Below are positions 9,275-17,984 of a stretch of DNA of 36,719 bases, in pieces; positions within the stretch are counted from its first letter, which is position 1; each line of letters starts with the position of its first letter. Position numbers and translations under genes: made by a program. Origin of the DNA: Flavobacteriales bacterium (lineage in GTDB: Bacteria; Bacteroidota; Bacteroidia; NS11-12g; UBA955); NCBI GenBank assembly GCA_947450405.1, contig CANFVI010000001.1, positions 1-36,719 of the forward strand. Reading direction: 5' to 3'. The notes beneath the pieces were generated by a model. The model saw only the letters and a list, made by a program, of their open reading frames with translations, searched no databases and was not told the DNA's origin.

Positions 9275-9994
9275 ATGTGCAATTTTGCTCTAATGAATCA
9301 ACCATGGCAATATCGCAGTGCAAACTATGATGAAAAAAACGTTGGATTTTACGTGAACAATCACGGTGAAATTCATAGAATTACTGTGGACGAGAATGGT
9401 GAATTGACTTCTCACGAAATTGGGAAGGATATAGAAATTCGCACAAACGACAGTGAGGTTGATTTTACCAATGGGATTTCATTTTACCCGAAAGAATTTA
9501 TTCAAACTAAAATTCCGGGATTAACTTTAAATACAAGGGTATATTTATCTGATTCTATTTATTTGGTTTACAATTCTGAGGGAAATAATTTCCACTTGGC
9601 ACAATCGATGTTTACCAAGGCAAAGCAGATGTCGGAATTGCATAAGAACTTGGTTTATTTTTGGTTGCATGATGGAAAGTTGGTTGTGTTGGCATTTAAA
9701 GACAAACAATTTTACTTGGGAAATTCATACGATGCAACGAACATTGCTGAAGTGATTTATTTTGTAACTGCGATTATGCAGGAGGCCAAATTTGATACGA
9801 TGCCGTATTTTTTGGCTGCTGATGTATCTGAAACGAAAGCAGATCAGTTGGGAATTGAATTTGAAAGATTTGGCATTGATTTGCAATTGGTAAATAGCAA
9901 AATGCCTTATACTTCAGCGAATGAAATTCCTGAAATGCATATTGCAACAAACTTATTGATTATTTCTTCATGCGCGTTACCGGAGGAATTTTAA
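9275..9994 (+). CDS. Hypothetical protein (possibly DUF3822-like, a family I recall lying upstream of rsmD in Bacteroidota)
   Basis: A 239-aa ORF with no conflicting ORF, overlapping rsmD by 25 nt on the same strand. No catalytic motif was recognised. The family guess rests on gene context only. Confidence 0.45.
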   Translation: MCNFALMNQPWQYRSANYDEKNVGFYVNNHGEIHRITVDENGELTSHEIGKDIEIRTNDSEVDFTNGISFYPKEFIQTKIPGLTLNTRVYLSDSIYLVYNSEGNNFHLAQSMFTKAKQMSELHKNLVYFWLHDGKLVVLAFKDKQFYLGNSYDATNIAEVIYFVTAIMQEAKFDTMPYFLAADVSETKADQLGIEFERFGIDLQLVNSKMPYTSANEIPEMHIATNLLIISSCALPEEF

Positions 9995-10497
9995 AGGGCT
10001 GGGTAATACCCACCAAATTTGCTTCACACGTAAGGCCTTCAACCGACAGAATGAGGGAGAGTTTATTTAACTCTTTGGTTCATCAATTTGGTATTGAGGG
10101 AAAATTGGTCTTGGATTTATTTTCTGGGTCGGGAATTATTGCTGCAGAGTTCTTGAGCAGGGAAGCCACATTGGTTACTTCCATTGATTTGGATGGAAAA
10201 AACATATTGCAGCAAAAGGCGATGCAAAAGGAGCGGGAGCTCAAACATTGGGAAATTATAAAGCAGAATATTTACAAATATGAACCTAAAAATGGGCAAC
10301 TATTTGATATCATTTTTGCAGATCCGCCATACGATATTCCCAACATTCAGCAATTTCCTAAAATGTTTTCTGAATGGTTGGCCGATGATGGAATCATTAT
10401 TTTGGAACATAAGCCTCAGTTGCAGTTTCATGAGGAGCATCTATTAAAAAAAGAATACGGTAGTACAACTTGTACTATATTCGCTAAACAAAAATAA
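9970..10497 (+). CDS. rsmD: 16S rRNA (guanine966-N2)-methyltransferase
   Basis: N-terminus MRVTGGILKG, the RPSTDRMRESLFN motif, SAM-binding LDLFSGSG and catalytic DPPY. The length is 175 aa. It lies directly upstream of coaD, a common arrangement. Confidence 0.85.
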   Translation: MRVTGGILKGWVIPTKFASHVRPSTDRMRESLFNSLVHQFGIEGKLVLDLFSGSGIIAAEFLSREATLVTSIDLDGKNILQQKAMQKERELKHWEIIKQNIYKYEPKNGQLFDIIFADPPYDIPNIQQFPKMFSEWLADDGIIILEHKPQLQFHEEHLLKKEYGSTTCTIFAKQK

Positions 10498-10498
10498 T

Positions 10499-10969
10499 AT
10501 GACAACCGAAAAAATTGCAGTTTTCCCTGGCACATTCGACCCAATTACCAAGGGTCACGTGGATATTGTTGACCGTGGGTCGTTAATTTTTGATAAAATT
10601 ATTATTGCGGTTGGTGTAAATACCAAAAAGACAACTTTGTACACATTGGAAAAGCGAATTGCTTGGATTAAGGAAACCTTTGCACACAATTCGAAAGTGG
10701 AAGTTGATTTTTACGAAGGGTTAACGGTAGATTACTGCAAGAAAGTTGGAGCTACTTTTTTATTGAGAGGTCTTCGTAATGGGAGTGATTTCGATTATGA
10801 ATCGCATATTGCACAGTTAAACAAAGCGTTAAATGAAGACATAGAAACTGTCTTTATTTTGAGTTCGCCGGAGCTAAGTTATATCAGCAGCACATTGGTA
10901 AGAGATTTAATCATACACAATGGAAACTACAGGCCATTTTTGCCTGAGGCAGTTCAGGTAAATCTTTAA
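10499..10969 (+). CDS. coaD: Phosphopantetheine adenylyltransferase
   Basis: AVFPGTFDPITKGHVDIV (nucleotidyltransferase T/HxGH motif), LRGLRN and ISSTLVR. The length is 156 aa. Confidence 0.92.
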   Translation: MTTEKIAVFPGTFDPITKGHVDIVDRGSLIFDKIIIAVGVNTKKTTLYTLEKRIAWIKETFAHNSKVEVDFYEGLTVDYCKKVGATFLLRGLRNGSDFDYESHIAQLNKALNEDIETVFILSSPELSYISSTLVRDLIIHNGNYRPFLPEAVQVNL

Positions 10970-11604
10970 GAAGGGTCTATTTGCGCCAGTGCTTTGTTTA
11001 CAATGTCGCGCACGCTGTTGTAAGATTGAAAATTTGGTGATCTAAACCAATCTAGATTTTCGAATTTCACTTCAGAAATACCTTCTTCAACTTGCGGCTT
11101 AAGATTATTTTTACCGTTGCTGTTCATGATATACCAATGGGTAACTTTCATCAAAACAACATCATCTTCAAAATAGGCGTGATAAGTTTCACCAATTTTA
11201 TCGCTGATATTGATCATATTGATACCTGTTTCTTCCATCACTTCTCTTAAGGCAGCGGCGCGTTGATCTTCGTGCTTTTCAATTTTTCCTTTAGGAAGGT
11301 CCCATAATCCATTTCTTTTGATGGTGAGTAATTGGTTTTCTTTATTAAATACCAAACCACCAGCAGCTTGAATAAGGGTGTAATTATCTGAAAACTCTTT
11401 GAATGTTTCAGCGGGTTCAGATGCAATTAATCCGAACGTCATTACCTTACCGCTAGATGCGCTAGAGGTAAGAATTTTAAAACTAGTTAGCAATTCATCA
11501 TCACCTATAAAGTACAAATTAGGAATGCCCTTCAATGCACTTGGAGAATCTGTGATGATAATTGCACCTTCATTAAAATAAATTTTGTAGGTTTGTGGCT
11601 CCAT
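10966..11604 (-). CDS. NUDIX hydrolase with a ~75-aa N-terminal extension
   Basis: Complete Nudix box GKIEKHEDQRAAALREVMEETGI (Gx5Ex7REVxEExGI). The length is 212 aa. Confidence 0.85.
   Translation of the reverse strand: MEPQTYKIYFNEGAIIITDSPSALKGIPNLYFIGDDELLTSFKILTSSASSGKVMTFGLIASEPAETFKEFSDNYTLIQAAGGLVFNKENQLLTIKRNGLWDLPKGKIEKHEDQRAAALREVMEETGINMINISDKIGETYHAYFEDDVVLMKVTHWYIMNSNGKNNLKPQVEEGISEVKFENLDWFRSPNFQSYNSVRDIVNKALAQIDPS
11588..11595 (+). promoter_or_regulatory. Candidate Bacteroidota -7 promoter box (TAGGTTTG) for pyrE
   Basis: Matches TAnnTTTG. It lies 7 nt upstream of the pyrE ATG and inside the first codons of the divergent NUDIX gene. Confidence 0.35.
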
Positions 11605-12241
11605 GTCTCAACAAAGTGCAAAATTAGCAAAATTTCTTCTTGAAATAAAGGCAATTAAATTATCGCCAAAAGAACCATTTACTTGGACGTCTGGAATCAA
11701 GAGTCCAATCTATTGCGACAACCGTATGGTTTTGTCATTTCCGGAGGTAAGAAGTTTCGTTGCAGACGCTCTTGCGGAGTTGATAAAGTCAGAGTTTTCG
11801 GGGGTTGACAGCGTTGCTGGAATTGCAACGGCAGGAATTGCCCATGGCGCTTTATGTGCAGACAGGATGGGAATTTCTTATTGCTATGTTCGACCAGAGC
11901 CCAAAAAACACGGATTAAAAAATCAGGTTGAGGGACATTTGGCGGTTGGCGACAAGGTTGTTTTGGTGGAAGATTTGATTTCTACGGGCAAAAGTTCGAT
12001 GCAAGCAGTTGATGGAGTTAGGCTTGCTGGAGCGGAAGTAATTGGGTTGGTGGCATTGTTTACCTATGGATTTTCGAATGCTGCTGAGCGATTTGCAAAC
12101 GAAGGAATTCCGGTGTTTACCTTAACAAATTTCGATACATTGTGTGAAGTTGCTGCTGCTGAAGGTTATATTGGTGAAGACGATATTGCTAGCATCAAAG
12201 CATTTGCACAAAACCCATCTGAATGGGGTGCTAATTTGTAA
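11603..12241 (+). CDS. pyrE: Orotate phosphoribosyltransferase
   Basis: FTWTSGIKSPIYCDNR and the PRPP-binding loop VVLVEDLISTGKS. The length is 212 aa. Confidence 0.92.
   Translation: MSQQSAKLAKFLLEIKAIKLSPKEPFTWTSGIKSPIYCDNRMVLSFPEVRSFVADALAELIKSEFSGVDSVAGIATAGIAHGALCADRMGISYCYVRPEPKKHGLKNQVEGHLAVGDKVVLVEDLISTGKSSMQAVDGVRLAGAEVIGLVALFTYGFSNAAERFANEGIPVFTLTNFDTLCEVAAAEGYIGEDDIASIKAFAQNPSEWGANL
11619..11626 (-). promoter_or_regulatory. Candidate -7 box (TAATTTTG on the minus strand) for the NUDIX gene
   Basis: The plus strand reads CAAAATTA. It lies 14 nt upstream of the NUDIX ATG and inside the pyrE coding sequence. Confidence 0.3.
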
Positions 12242-12251
12242 TTTTTTTTAG

Positions 12252-12259
12252 TACCTTTG
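12252..12259 (+). promoter_or_regulatory. Candidate -7 box (TACCTTTG) for the coiled-coil/zapA/rny unit
   Basis: Matches TAnnTTTG in the 25-nt gap after pyrE, 7 nt upstream of the ATG at 12267. Confidence 0.4.
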
Positions 12260-12266
12260 TAGTAAT

Positions 12267-12623
12267 ATGAGTACTTCAATGGAATCGCGGTTAACTACTT
12301 TATTCGTAAAGGTTGAGCGTGTATTGAAGGAAAATTCATCCCTCAAAAACGAAAAAATAATTCTAGAAAATGAGATTATAGAATTAAAAAATCAGCTTTT
12401 GGGAGTAAAAAATGACAAACTCGACCTACAAAATGAAAATTCTACGCTGAAGAGCACAATAGATATTCAAAGAAATACGTTAAACGAGTTAAAGGAACAG
12501 AATAAAATTATAAAACTTGCAAAAGAAATGTCGCCCGATAGTTCAGACAATCATGAGTTAAAAATCAAGATTAATGAATTAGTGAGAGACATTGACCGGT
12601 GCATTGATTTGTTAAACGAATAA
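12267..12623 (+). CDS. Small coiled-coil protein (hypothetical)
   Basis: 118 aa, rich in heptad-like Leu/Ile/Glu/Lys/Asn, with no transmembrane segment. It sits immediately upstream of a zapA-like gene. Confidence 0.6.
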   Translation: MSTSMESRLTTLFVKVERVLKENSSLKNEKIILENEIIELKNQLLGVKNDKLDLQNENSTLKSTIDIQRNTLNELKEQNKIIKLAKEMSPDSSDNHELKIKINELVRDIDRCIDLLNE

Positions 12624-12633
12624 AATTTATATA

Positions 12634-12927
12634 ATGGATAACAACGAAACCGTTCTTCTTTCAGTGAATATAGACACTAGGCCTATGCGTTTGCGTGTGG
12701 CTAGCAAAGATGAACAACAGGTTTTGTTGGCAGCAGAAACGCTCAACAAACGCATAGAAGCTTTTCGTAAGTTTAGTGCAAATGAGCCAATAGATAGACT
12801 TTCATGGGCTGCTTTAGATTTGGCAGGCGACGTAGTTCGCTTACAAAAAGGCGAAAATCAACCCAAAAGTCAGGAAGAAATTCCTCCAGTTTTACTCAAA
12901 CTTGAATCTTTGTTGCAGAATTATTAA
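12634..12927 (+). CDS. zapA: Cell division protein ZapA-like
   Basis: 97 aa. The N-terminal strand-like segment (LSVNIDTRPMRLRV) followed by a helical region (LLAAETLNKRIEAFRK...) fits the ZapA size and pattern. The position upstream of rny matches my recollection of Bacteroidota genomes. Confidence 0.65.
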   Translation: MDNNETVLLSVNIDTRPMRLRVASKDEQQVLLAAETLNKRIEAFRKFSANEPIDRLSWAALDLAGDVVRLQKGENQPKSQEEIPPVLLKLESLLQNY

Positions 12928-12973
12928 TTCGTTTTTCTATTCCAATGCTCCAACATAAAAAAGGAGAAAAAAA

Positions 12974-14515
12974 ATGGACGTAATTGTATTTATCCTAGCT
13001 GGACTAATCGGTGGATTAGGGCTTGGGTACATTGTTTTTATCGCAGCGCGAAAAGGACAATTAGAAAAGGAGAAATCTAAAGTATTGGAAGAAGCTCGCA
13101 ACCAAGGCGAGACACTTAAAAAGGATCGTATTTTTGAAGCCAAAGAGAAATACATGCAGCTTCGCTCAGAATACGAGCAAGAAACCAACAAACGCAATCA
13201 AGAAATTCAACAAGCTGAAAACAGAATTCGTCAAAAAGAGCAATCTTTAGACGACAAACTTAAAAACTTCAAATCTCGTGAAGATGAAGTTGCTTCTAAA
13301 AGTCAGCGTTTAGACTCTCAAATGGAGTCTTACAAAACAAAAGAGAAGGAAGTTCAAAGTTTGCGTGATCAACAGCTTGCACAGTTAGAAAAAGTTGCAG
13401 GTTTATCTGCAGATGCTGCGAAAGAGCAAATGTTTGAAAACATCAAAGCAAAAACTTACACTGAAGGATTGCAACTTGCTAAAAACATTGTTGAAGAAGC
13501 AAAATTAGGCGCTACACGTGAAGCAAAACGTATTGTTTTGCAAACCATTCAACGTACAGCGGCTGAATTGGCAATTGACAATACAGTAACTGCTTTCCCT
13601 CTTGAATCTGACGATGTTAAAGGTAGAATCATAGGTAGAGAAGGTAGAAATATCAAAGCGTTTGAAGCGGCTACTGGTGTTGAAATATTAATTGACGATA
13701 CCCCAGAAACAATAGTATTGAGTTGTTATGACCCAATTCGCCGTGAAATTGCACGTGTTTCTTTGGAGCGTTTGATTAAAGATGGTAGAATTCACCCTGC
13801 TCGTATTGAAGAGGTTGTTGAGAAAACCAAAAAACAAATTGAAGAAGAAGTAATTGAATGGGGAGAAAGAACTGTGGTTGATTTAGGAATTACAGGTTTA
13901 CACCCAGAATTGATTCGTTATGTAGGTCGTATGAGATTTAGAAGTTCTTATGGCCAAAACTTATTGAAGCATAGTCGTGAAGTTGCTCGTTTGTGTGCTA
14001 CAATGGCTGCTGAAATGGGATTGAACGTAAAACTAGCAAAACGCGCTGGTTTGTTGCATGATATTGGAAAATGTCCTGATAACGACGAAGAAACTCCTCA
14101 CGCATTGTTAGGTTTGAAATTGTGTGAAAAATATGGCGAACATCCAGAAGTTTGTAATGCAGTTGGTGCCCATCACGATGAAATTGAAATGACAAGCTTA
14201 TTAAGTCCTGTTGTTCAAGCTTGTGATGCCATCAGCGGTTCTCGTCCTGGTGCACGTCGTGGAGATGAGCAATATGTAGAGCGTATCAAGGAAATGGAAA
14301 ATATGGCGTTGAGCTACCCTGGTGTTGAAAAAGCATATGCAATTCAAGCGGGTCGTGAACTTCGTATTATCATGGGTGCTGAAAAAACCACCGATGACCA
14401 AGCTGATACATTGGCATTTGAATTGTCAACAAGAATCATGACAGAAATGCGTTACCCTGGTCAAGTAAAAATTACTGTGATTAGAGAAAAGCGCGCTGTT
14501 GGTGTAGCAAAATAA
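12974..14515 (+). CDS. rny: Ribonuclease Y
   Basis: N-terminal transmembrane helix, a long Glu/Lys-rich coiled coil, a KH domain (IIGREGRNIKAFEAATGVEILIDDTPE) and an HD domain (LLHDIGK, GAHHDE). The length is 513 aa. Confidence 0.95.
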   Translation: MDVIVFILAGLIGGLGLGYIVFIAARKGQLEKEKSKVLEEARNQGETLKKDRIFEAKEKYMQLRSEYEQETNKRNQEIQQAENRIRQKEQSLDDKLKNFKSREDEVASKSQRLDSQMESYKTKEKEVQSLRDQQLAQLEKVAGLSADAAKEQMFENIKAKTYTEGLQLAKNIVEEAKLGATREAKRIVLQTIQRTAAELAIDNTVTAFPLESDDVKGRIIGREGRNIKAFEAATGVEILIDDTPETIVLSCYDPIRREIARVSLERLIKDGRIHPARIEEVVEKTKKQIEEEVIEWGERTVVDLGITGLHPELIRYVGRMRFRSSYGQNLLKHSREVARLCATMAAEMGLNVKLAKRAGLLHDIGKCPDNDEETPHALLGLKLCEKYGEHPEVCNAVGAHHDEIEMTSLLSPVVQACDAISGSRPGARRGDEQYVERIKEMENMALSYPGVEKAYAIQAGRELRIIMGAEKTTDDQADTLAFELSTRIMTEMRYPGQVKITVIREKRAVGVAK

Positions 14516-14548
14516 CAATGAAACGGACTTTGTCCTAAAAGAAATACC

Positions 14549-14585
14549 AAATGCAAAAACCAGAGTTTCTCTGGTTTTTGCATTT
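14549..14585 (+). terminator. Intrinsic terminator after rny
   Basis: Perfect inverted repeat AAATGCAAAAACCAGAG / CTCTGGTTTTTGCATTT with a TTT loop. The core hairpin CCAGAG-TTT-CTCTGG is followed by a T-rich tract. It lies 34 nt after the rny stop. Confidence 0.75.
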
Positions 14586-14600
14586 AAAAGAAATAAAAAA

Positions 14601-15308
14601 ATGTCTGGAAAACTCTATTTGGTTCCTACGCCCATTGGCAACCTTGGCGATATGACTTATCGCGCTGTGGCGGTGCTCAAAACCGTTGACAAAATTCTCG
14701 CTGAAGACACGCGAACGACTAAGGTTTTGTTAAATCATTATGAAATTTCAACAACATTAGAGAGTTTTCACCAGCACAACGAACATCAAAAGCTCAACTA
14801 TTTAATTGGCGAATTAAAGCAGGGAAAAATGCTTGCTCAGGTTTCTGACGCTGGAACTCCTGGTATTTCTGATCCAGGGTTTTTACTTACCAGAATGGCC
14901 TTGCAAGAAGGTATTTCAGTTGAAGTTTTACCTGGCGCAACCGCTTTTGTTCCTGCGTTATTAAAGAGTGGATTTCCGCTTCATAGTTTTTGTTTTGAGG
15001 GATTTTTACCCCATAAGAAAGGCCGTCAAACCAAAATGAAACAATGGGCTGCCGACGATCATACCATTGTGTTTTATGAAAGTCCCCACAAAATATTAAA
15101 GACCTTAAAACAGCTTGCTGAGTTTTGTTCACCGCACAGAAAGGTGAGTGTGTCTAGGGAAATTACCAAGAAATTTGAAGAAACTGTTACCGGAACGTTA
15201 CCTTTTGTAATTGAACACTTTACTACCCATAATCCGAAAGGAGAATTTGTTGTAGTTTTGGAGGGAAGTGCATACGAAACCGAAGAAGTAGAAGAGGTTT
15301 CGGAATAA
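14601..15308 (+). CDS. rsmI: 16S rRNA (cytidine1402-2'-O)-methyltransferase
   Basis: LYLVPTPIGNLGDMT, ILAEDTR, SDAGTPGISDPG and VFYESPHK, the tetrapyrrole-methylase-fold RsmI pattern. The length is 235 aa. Confidence 0.9.
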   Translation: MSGKLYLVPTPIGNLGDMTYRAVAVLKTVDKILAEDTRTTKVLLNHYEISTTLESFHQHNEHQKLNYLIGELKQGKMLAQVSDAGTPGISDPGFLLTRMALQEGISVEVLPGATAFVPALLKSGFPLHSFCFEGFLPHKKGRQTKMKQWAADDHTIVFYESPHKILKTLKQLAEFCSPHRKVSVSREITKKFEETVTGTLPFVIEHFTTHNPKGEFVVVLEGSAYETEEVEEVSE

Positions 15309-15330
15309 GTGCAAAAAATTTATTGAAATT

Positions 15331-16974
15331 ATGTTGCAGAAATTGCAAAATATATCATTCAAAAGTGCACCAACGTGGTTTTGGATTTGTCTTCCATCTT
15401 TGTTGTTTTATTTGGCATGGGAGCCTCATGGAATAGCGCCATTCTTGTTTATTGCCTTTTTGCCTTTGATTGTGTTGGCAAACCGTTTTGCTTTAGAAAA
15501 ACGTTACAAATATTATGGTTCCATATTTTTGGCGTTGTTAGGATGGAATATCACAACCACTTGGTGGGTTTACTATGCCTCTGATATAGGTGCAATTTTT
15601 ATGTTGCTTTTGAATGCTCTGTTTATGTGTGTTCCTTTTATTTTTTATAGAATTGCACTAAAGAGAAATTTTGGAAAATGGTCTTTTGTGGTTTTTGCAA
15701 TTGCTTGGATTTTATATGAATACGGTCATCACCGGTGGGATTTAAGTTGGCCTTGGCTGTGTTTGGGGAATGGATTTTCGGGTTGGACGGGTTTTGTTCA
15801 ATGGTATGAATGGACAGGAACTTTGGGTGGAACTGCCTTGGTGCTTTGGATGAATTATTTGTTTTTTGAGGGATTTGATTTTAAAAATTACCGCAAATTC
15901 TATTGGATAATCATTGTTTTTGTTGGGCTATATGGATTGTCGTTTTATTTAAAATCACAAATCAACATCACCGAAGGGAAGAAAATAAACGTTGCTGTTT
16001 TGCAGCCTAGTTATGACCCTTGGAATGAGAAGTTTAACCGTCCCTCATTTCAAATGGAGGAAGAAATGATTAAGTTGTCTGCGTCTGTCATTGATTCGAG
16101 TACGGATTGGCTTTTGTGGCCTGAAACATCTTTGGTTGACAATATCAATTTGAATTTGCCGGAGAGAGATGGACAAGTGGAAATGCTCAATGGACTTTAT
16201 CGAAGATTAAAATGGGGAAGTGAGTTGGGTATCGTTTTTGGATCAGAAAAAAGCAAATACCGTTGGAATTCTAAGCTTCAAATTTTAACAGGTGCCAGTA
16301 CGATTCGTTATTTCAATTCAGTTGAAAAGCCAACGTCGGTTGCTCGAAAGTCGCAGTACGACAAAAATTTGTGGTATGAAGTTTTTAATGATGCCATGTA
16401 TTTGGATAGCCAACTAAATCCCAAGTTTTACCATAAATCGAAGTTAGTTCCTGGTACGGAGCAAATGCCTTTTCTTCATTATTTGCCTTTTCTTGAGAAT
16501 TTGGCCTTAAGTTTAGATGAGAATAGTGCTACGGGAAGTTTGGGCAAGAACGACAGCGCAGATGTTTTTGGTAGGGGGAAAGAAAAAGTAGCGCCGGTTA
16601 TTTGCTATGAGAGTATTTATGGTGATTATATTCGTGAATACATCAATAAGGGCGCTGGGTGGATTGGAATTGTAACGAACGACGCTTGGTGGAGAGAAAC
16701 GGCTGGATATCAACAGCATTTCTCATTTGCCAAATTAAGGGCCATTGAAATGCGCAAATGGATCGCACGCAGTGCCAACACTGGAACCAGTGCATTTATT
16801 GATCCTGTAGGCAATAGTTATCAAAATACGAAATGGTTTGACAAAGTATGCATCAAACAAAGTATTTATTCTAATGAACACAAAACCATTTATGCCGCAA
16901 TTGGCGATATTGGCGTAATGGCAATCTTGTTTTTAGGAATGATTTTGGGTACTTACTTCAAAAGAAATAATTAA
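15331..16974 (+). CDS. lnt: Apolipoprotein N-acyltransferase
   Basis: Multi-transmembrane N-terminal half and a C-terminal nitrilase-fold domain carrying WPE, HKSKLVPGTE and VICYES (the E-K-C triad context). The length is 547 aa. Confidence 0.85.
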   Translation: MLQKLQNISFKSAPTWFWICLPSLLFYLAWEPHGIAPFLFIAFLPLIVLANRFALEKRYKYYGSIFLALLGWNITTTWWVYYASDIGAIFMLLLNALFMCVPFIFYRIALKRNFGKWSFVVFAIAWILYEYGHHRWDLSWPWLCLGNGFSGWTGFVQWYEWTGTLGGTALVLWMNYLFFEGFDFKNYRKFYWIIIVFVGLYGLSFYLKSQINITEGKKINVAVLQPSYDPWNEKFNRPSFQMEEEMIKLSASVIDSSTDWLLWPETSLVDNINLNLPERDGQVEMLNGLYRRLKWGSELGIVFGSEKSKYRWNSKLQILTGASTIRYFNSVEKPTSVARKSQYDKNLWYEVFNDAMYLDSQLNPKFYHKSKLVPGTEQMPFLHYLPFLENLALSLDENSATGSLGKNDSADVFGRGKEKVAPVICYESIYGDYIREYINKGAGWIGIVTNDAWWRETAGYQQHFSFAKLRAIEMRKWIARSANTGTSAFIDPVGNSYQNTKWFDKVCIKQSIYSNEHKTIYAAIGDIGVMAILFLGMILGTYFKRNN

Positions 16975-17984
16975 TTTTTTTGAAGTTTTAATTGCCAATT
17001 CCAAGCATCTCGCATCATTTCATCTAAGCCACGTTTTGCTGTCCATCCCAATACTTCATTTACTTTGGTTGTATCGGCCCATACTTTTACAACATCACCA
17101 GTACGGCGAGGTCCAATTTTATGAGGGACTTTGATGTTATTTTCTTTTTCGAAGGATTGAATTACTTCTAAAACAGAGAACCCATTGCCTGTACCAATAT
17201 TAAACAATTCAAAATTATCTTCTTGTTTATTATGAACCAAACGTTCAACAGCTTTTACGTGGGCTTCTGCCAAATCCATTACATGGATATAATCGCGAAT
17301 ACAAGTTCCGTCGGGAGTGTCGTAATCGTTGCCAAAAACGGTTAATTCATTTCTCAAACCGGCTACAGTTTGGGTTAGGTAAGGAATAAGGTTATTTGGA
17401 ATACCCAAAGGCAATTCTCCCAAAGCGGCAGTTGGATGTGCACCAATTGGGTTGAAATAGCGAAGACATTGGGTTTTGCACCAGGTTGCATTGTCCTTCA
17501 AAATAATTTCACCCATTTGCTTTGTAGCACCATATGGTGATTGGGCAGGTTTTGTTTGGGTAGTTTCTAAAACAGGAACTTGGTCGGGTTCGCCATATAC
17601 AGTGCAGCTGCTTGAAAAAACAAGGTTAGAAATGCCTTGTTCTTTCATTACTTCGAGAACAGAGATCAAACCAACCACGTTGTTTTGATAGTACATGAGT
17701 GGTTTTTCTACACTTTCACCAACGGCTTTAAATGCGGCAAAATGTATAATAGCTTCTGGTTTATGTTCAATGATTAATTGTGAAAGCACTTCTTTATCAT
17801 TCACATTGGCATTTACAAATGTTGGTTCAAATCCTATTAACGATTTAATGCCATCCATTGCACTCATTTGTGAGTTGCTAAGGTTGTCGATAATAATGGG
17901 TTTGAAGCCTGCTTCATGCAAACAAACAACGGTATGCGAGCCAATAAAACCGAGGCCGCCTGTAACTAATATCTTTTTTTTCAT
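16971..17984 (-). CDS. galE: UDP-glucose 4-epimerase
   Basis: [10 protein letters not shown] Rossmann motif, the SPYGATK (YxxxK) catalytic motif and [10 protein letters not shown]. The length is 337 aa. Confidence 0.9.
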   Translation of the reverse strand: MKKKILVTGGLGFIGSHTVVCLHEAGFKPIIIDNLSNSQMSAMDGIKSLIGFEPTFVNANVNDKEVLSQLIIEHKPEAIIHFAAFKAVGESVEKPLMYYQNNVVGLISVLEVMKEQGISNLVFSSSCTVYGEPDQVPVLETTQTKPAQSPYGATKQMGEIILKDNATWCKTQCLRYFNPIGAHPTAALGELPLGIPNNLIPYLTQTVAGLRNELTVFGNDYDTPDGTCIRDYIHVMDLAEAHVKAVERLVHNKQEDNFELFNIGTGNGFSVLEVIQSFEKENNIKVPHKIGPRRTGDVVKVWADTTKVNEVLGWTAKRGLDEMMRDAWNWQLKLQKN

